Assembly (NCBI GenBank): GCA_033551855.1 | Contig: JAWSUI010000020.1 | Span: 1-59,586, forward strand | DNA: 59,586 nt | Direction: 5' to 3' | Source of the DNA: Deferrisomatales bacterium | Lineage (GTDB): Bacteria; Desulfobacterota; Deferrisomatia; Deferrisomatales; JACRMM01 | Part shown: one piece after another, positions 57,488 through 59,586 of the stretch | How positions within the stretch are numbered: the first letter of the stretch is position 1 | Layout of the letters: each line of letters opens with the position of its first letter | Program-made: the position numbers and the translations under genes | The notes under the pieces: model-generated | Database searches by the model: none | What the model saw: the letters and a program-made list of their open reading frames with translations, nothing else | What the model was told of the DNA's origin: nothing

Positions 57488-58522
57488 TCAGCGCGGAATG
57501 TAGGGGGGATACCCGTCCAGATCCCCTCGCAGGTGGCGCGCCAGCAGGAGGGCCTGGGTGTGCCAGAGCAGCCCCACCGGCATTTTCTCCTTCAAGAATG
57601 GATGCTCCACGACTTCCTGTTTGCGCTTCTGATAGGCGACGATCACCTCCTTTCTGGCCTCGTCCTCCAGGAGCACGGCGCCGGACTCCAGATTCCGGAA
57701 GCCGCGGGCCTTCACCTGCCCGAGATTGACCAACGACAGCACCAACCGGTCGGCGAACACCGGCCGAAACTCCTCCATCAGGTCCAGGGCAAGGCTCGGC
57801 CTACCCGGGCGGTCGCGGTGGAGGTAGCCGACGGCCGGGTCGAGCCCCACGCACTCCAGCGCGGACCGCACGTCGTGGACGAGGAGGGTGTAGACGAAGG
57901 AGAGCAGGCAGTTGACGGGATCCAGCGGAGGCCGCCGGTTCCGGCCGGTGAACCGGAAGGCCGCGTCCTCCGACGTCACCAGGTCGTCGAAGGCCCCGAA
58001 GTAAAGGTTCCCCGCCTCCCCCTCGATGCCGCGGAGCTCGTCCAGCGACAGACCCTCCGCCTGCAGTCTCTCGAGGCAATCGGCGAGCCGTGCCCCCTGA
58101 TACCGCAGCCGGTCTCCCCTGCCGTCGCCCCCGTGGTCTCGCGCCGCCCGCAGGATGACACTTCTCGAGTTGGCAAGCTTGCCCGTCAGCACGAACCGGG
58201 CCACCGCCGCGCTCCGGGCCGGGTCGTCGGCCCAGCGGTATTGCTCGCGCCGCAAGAGCACGTTGCCGGAGACCGGGCCTTGAACCCTCGCCAGGAACCG
58301 ACCGTTCTCCGAGAGGAACGACACCCCCACGCCGTGCTCGGCACAGTGGGCCATGAGTTGAGGGCTCAGGGACACCTGCCCGAAGCAGACGACGCCGCCC
58401 AGGGTGTGGATGGGGATGCGGGCCTTGTCTTCGCGCTCCACCCGGATCAGCACGCACTCGCCGTCCTTGGCGAGGTAGCTGCCCTGAGTGGTAACGAAGA
58501 GGGTGTTGAGGTGCTTTTTCAT
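57488..58522 (-). CDS. cas1: CRISPR-associated endonuclease Cas1 (I-C)
   Basis: MKKHLNTLFVTTQG, GNVLLRREQYR, LRGIEG, RNRRPPLDPVN, SLALDLMEEFR. Confidence 0.97.
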   Translation of the reverse strand: MKKHLNTLFVTTQGSYLAKDGECVLIRVEREDKARIPIHTLGGVVCFGQVSLSPQLMAHCAEHGVGVSFLSENGRFLARVQGPVSGNVLLRREQYRWADDPARSAAVARFVLTGKLANSRSVILRAARDHGGDGRGDRLRYQGARLADCLERLQAEGLSLDELRGIEGEAGNLYFGAFDDLVTSEDAAFRFTGRNRRPPLDPVNCLLSFVYTLLVHDVRSALECVGLDPAVGYLHRDRPGRPSLALDLMEEFRPVFADRLVLSLVNLGQVKARGFRNLESGAVLLEDEARKEVIVAYQKRKQEVVEHPFLKEKMPVGLLWHTQALLLARHLRGDLDGYPPYIPR

Positions 58523-58638
58523 GGCCATTCCATACGGCCGGCAAGGCCGCCCGCCTCTTGCTCCGAGCCCCGGGTCGGAGTAGGGTTCGGCGAGGACGCT
58601 GCCGACCTGCTCCCCCCGCAAAGGACAGAGGCGATCCG

Positions 58639-58878
58639 GTGACGCCGACGGTGTTCACCGACAAGGGCTTCCGATTCCTCTTCTTCTCCCGGGAAGAAGC
58701 CCGGCCGCACGTTCACGTGCAGGGGGCCGAGGGCGAGGCAAAGTTCTGGATCGAACCCCGCGTTGCACTCGCTCGCAGCACGGGCCTGTCGAGCCGCGAC
58801 CTTCGCGTGATCGAGCACATCGTTGAGGAGCGCAGGGATGAGATCGCACGCGCTTGGCACCGACACTTCTCCCGCTGA
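58639..58878 (+). CDS. DUF4160 domain protein (putative type II toxin)
   Basis: PTVF..GFRFLFFSREE..PHVHV..EAKFWIEP..AW..HF pattern. Confidence 0.85.
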   Translation: MTPTVFTDKGFRFLFFSREEARPHVHVQGAEGEAKFWIEPRVALARSTGLSSRDLRVIEHIVEERRDEIARAWHRHFSR

Positions 58879-59134
58879 GGTGACCAACATCTCGAGGCAC
58901 GGCCTTTGGCTGCTGGCCGACGGCGAGGAGCTGTTCCTGCCCTTCGAGGACTTCCCGTGGTTCCGCGATGCCCGGGTCTCGGCCCTGCTCCACGTCGAAC
59001 AGCCCGCTGCCGACCATTTCCGCTGGCCCGAGCTCGATATCGACCTCACCCGCGACGCCATTCGCCACCCAGAACGGTATCCTCTTGTCGCCCTGGGCGA
59101 TCGCACAGCCGTCCACGAGCCCGAGTCCGACTGA
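58838..59134 (+). CDS. DUF2442 domain protein (putative antitoxin)
   Basis: EVTNISRHGLWLL..LPFEDFPWF..WPELDIDL..HPERYPL; overlaps the DUF4160 gene. Confidence 0.85.
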   Translation: MRSHALGTDTSPAEVTNISRHGLWLLADGEELFLPFEDFPWFRDARVSALLHVEQPAADHFRWPELDIDLTRDAIRHPERYPLVALGDRTAVHEPESD

Positions 59135-59143
59135 CCACTTCGG

Positions 59144-59269
59144 TCACTCCCCTGGCGCCGCATCCAGAGCCCGCCTCAGATACCGCCCGACCCGCCCCCG
59201 GGCGGACGGCCCCAGCTCTTTCGGGCGGCAGATCGCCAGGAGCGAGCAGCTCTCGCACTTCTTCGCGTC
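59144..59269 (-). pseudogene. cas4: 3' fragment of cas4
   Basis: Minus-strand frame DAKKCESCSLLAICRPKELGPSARGRVGRYLRRALDAAPGE* carries the Cas4 CxxCSLxxxCxP Fe-S motif; the rest of the gene is missing. Confidence 0.8.
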
Positions 59270-59556
59270 TTGCGCAGTGGACCGCCGTAGTTCGTGGTGT
59301 AACGCTGAAATCGGACACGGCCGCCGGGTTCGCCCACTCGGCGGCAGATCTCGACCCTCGTAGGGCAGAACCAGGCCGCACCGTCCGAGAGGAACGCGAT
59401 GGACTCAAGGATGCCTTTCGCTGCCGACCACGTTGGCAGCGGATAGGACGTGGGTGTTCCGCCTGTGTCCGGCCTTGCGAACATCGCCAGTGGGCCAGCA
59501 ACCTCCAGATTCACAAAGTACCGACCGCTGTTAGACGGAAGTTCTGGTGCAGAAAT
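59176..59556 (-). pseudogene. cas5: Truncated Cas5-like (RAMP) gene
   Basis: YFVNLEVAGPLAMFARPD..SYPLPTWSAAKGILESI is a Cas5 N-terminal signature. Similarity ends at YGGPLRK (~59270), where the frame runs out of frame into cas4 DNA. An AAGGAGG RBS precedes ATT at 59556; GTG at 59514 is an alternative start. Confidence 0.7.
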
Positions 59557-59586
59557 CGTCTAACCTCCTTGAATAGCTGAAGGTTT

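Noticed and set aside
46126..58522. TPR-CHAT next to CRISPR as a Craspase (type III-E Csx29)-like system
   Set aside because: The CRISPR locus is type I-C, transcribed convergently and separated by three genes. The CHAT protein has a signal peptide, and no cas7-11, csx30 or csx31 is visible. The proximity looks incidental.
58523..58638. CreA/Racr-like mini-repeat RNA between cas1 and the DUF4160 gene
   Set aside because: Small hairpins are present but none resembles the array repeat.

Overview
GC-rich bacterial DNA whose gene content looks deltaproteobacterial (Desulfobacterota/Deferrisoma-like; inference only). It has five blocks. (1) 1-21.2 kb: a copper/heavy-metal island with IS remnants at the left edge. 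It holds small membrane proteins, a CopB-type P1B ATPase, a sensor kinase plus sigma54 (NtrC-type) regulator, a Cys-rich leader ORF, a DUF2318/FtsX-type ABC/HMA module, a two-TolC cusBA efflux operon with a P-II-like gene, and a His/Met-rich periplasmic protein. Two sigma54 promoters in it share an upstream TGTCG-N6-CGACA palindrome. (2) 21.2-33.0 kb: a signalling cluster of three multi-domain histidine kinases and two REC-HD-GYP proteins, one with a decaying C-terminus. (3) 33.4-41.1 kb: housekeeping genes (cardiolipin synthase, patatin, GntP permease, HDAC-family, ABM, RNase D, two Hsp20). (4) 41.2-56.6 kb: a coupled envelope operon encoding an AsmA/YdbH-like bridge protein, a DUF1318 (YdbL)-type lipoprotein, a ~2860-aa exported TolB-propeller/TPR/pseudo-CHAT/TPR/CHAT protease, an SH3b protein, an M48 protease and a tautomerase. 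This is the best candidate for an undescribed system. (5) 56.6-59.6 kb: a type I-C CRISPR array with cas2 and cas1, an oppositely oriented DUF4160/DUF2442 toxin-antitoxin-like pair, and an out-of-frame junction between a truncated Cas5-like gene and the last 41 codons of cas4. All family calls come from motif recognition by eye; no database searches were run.
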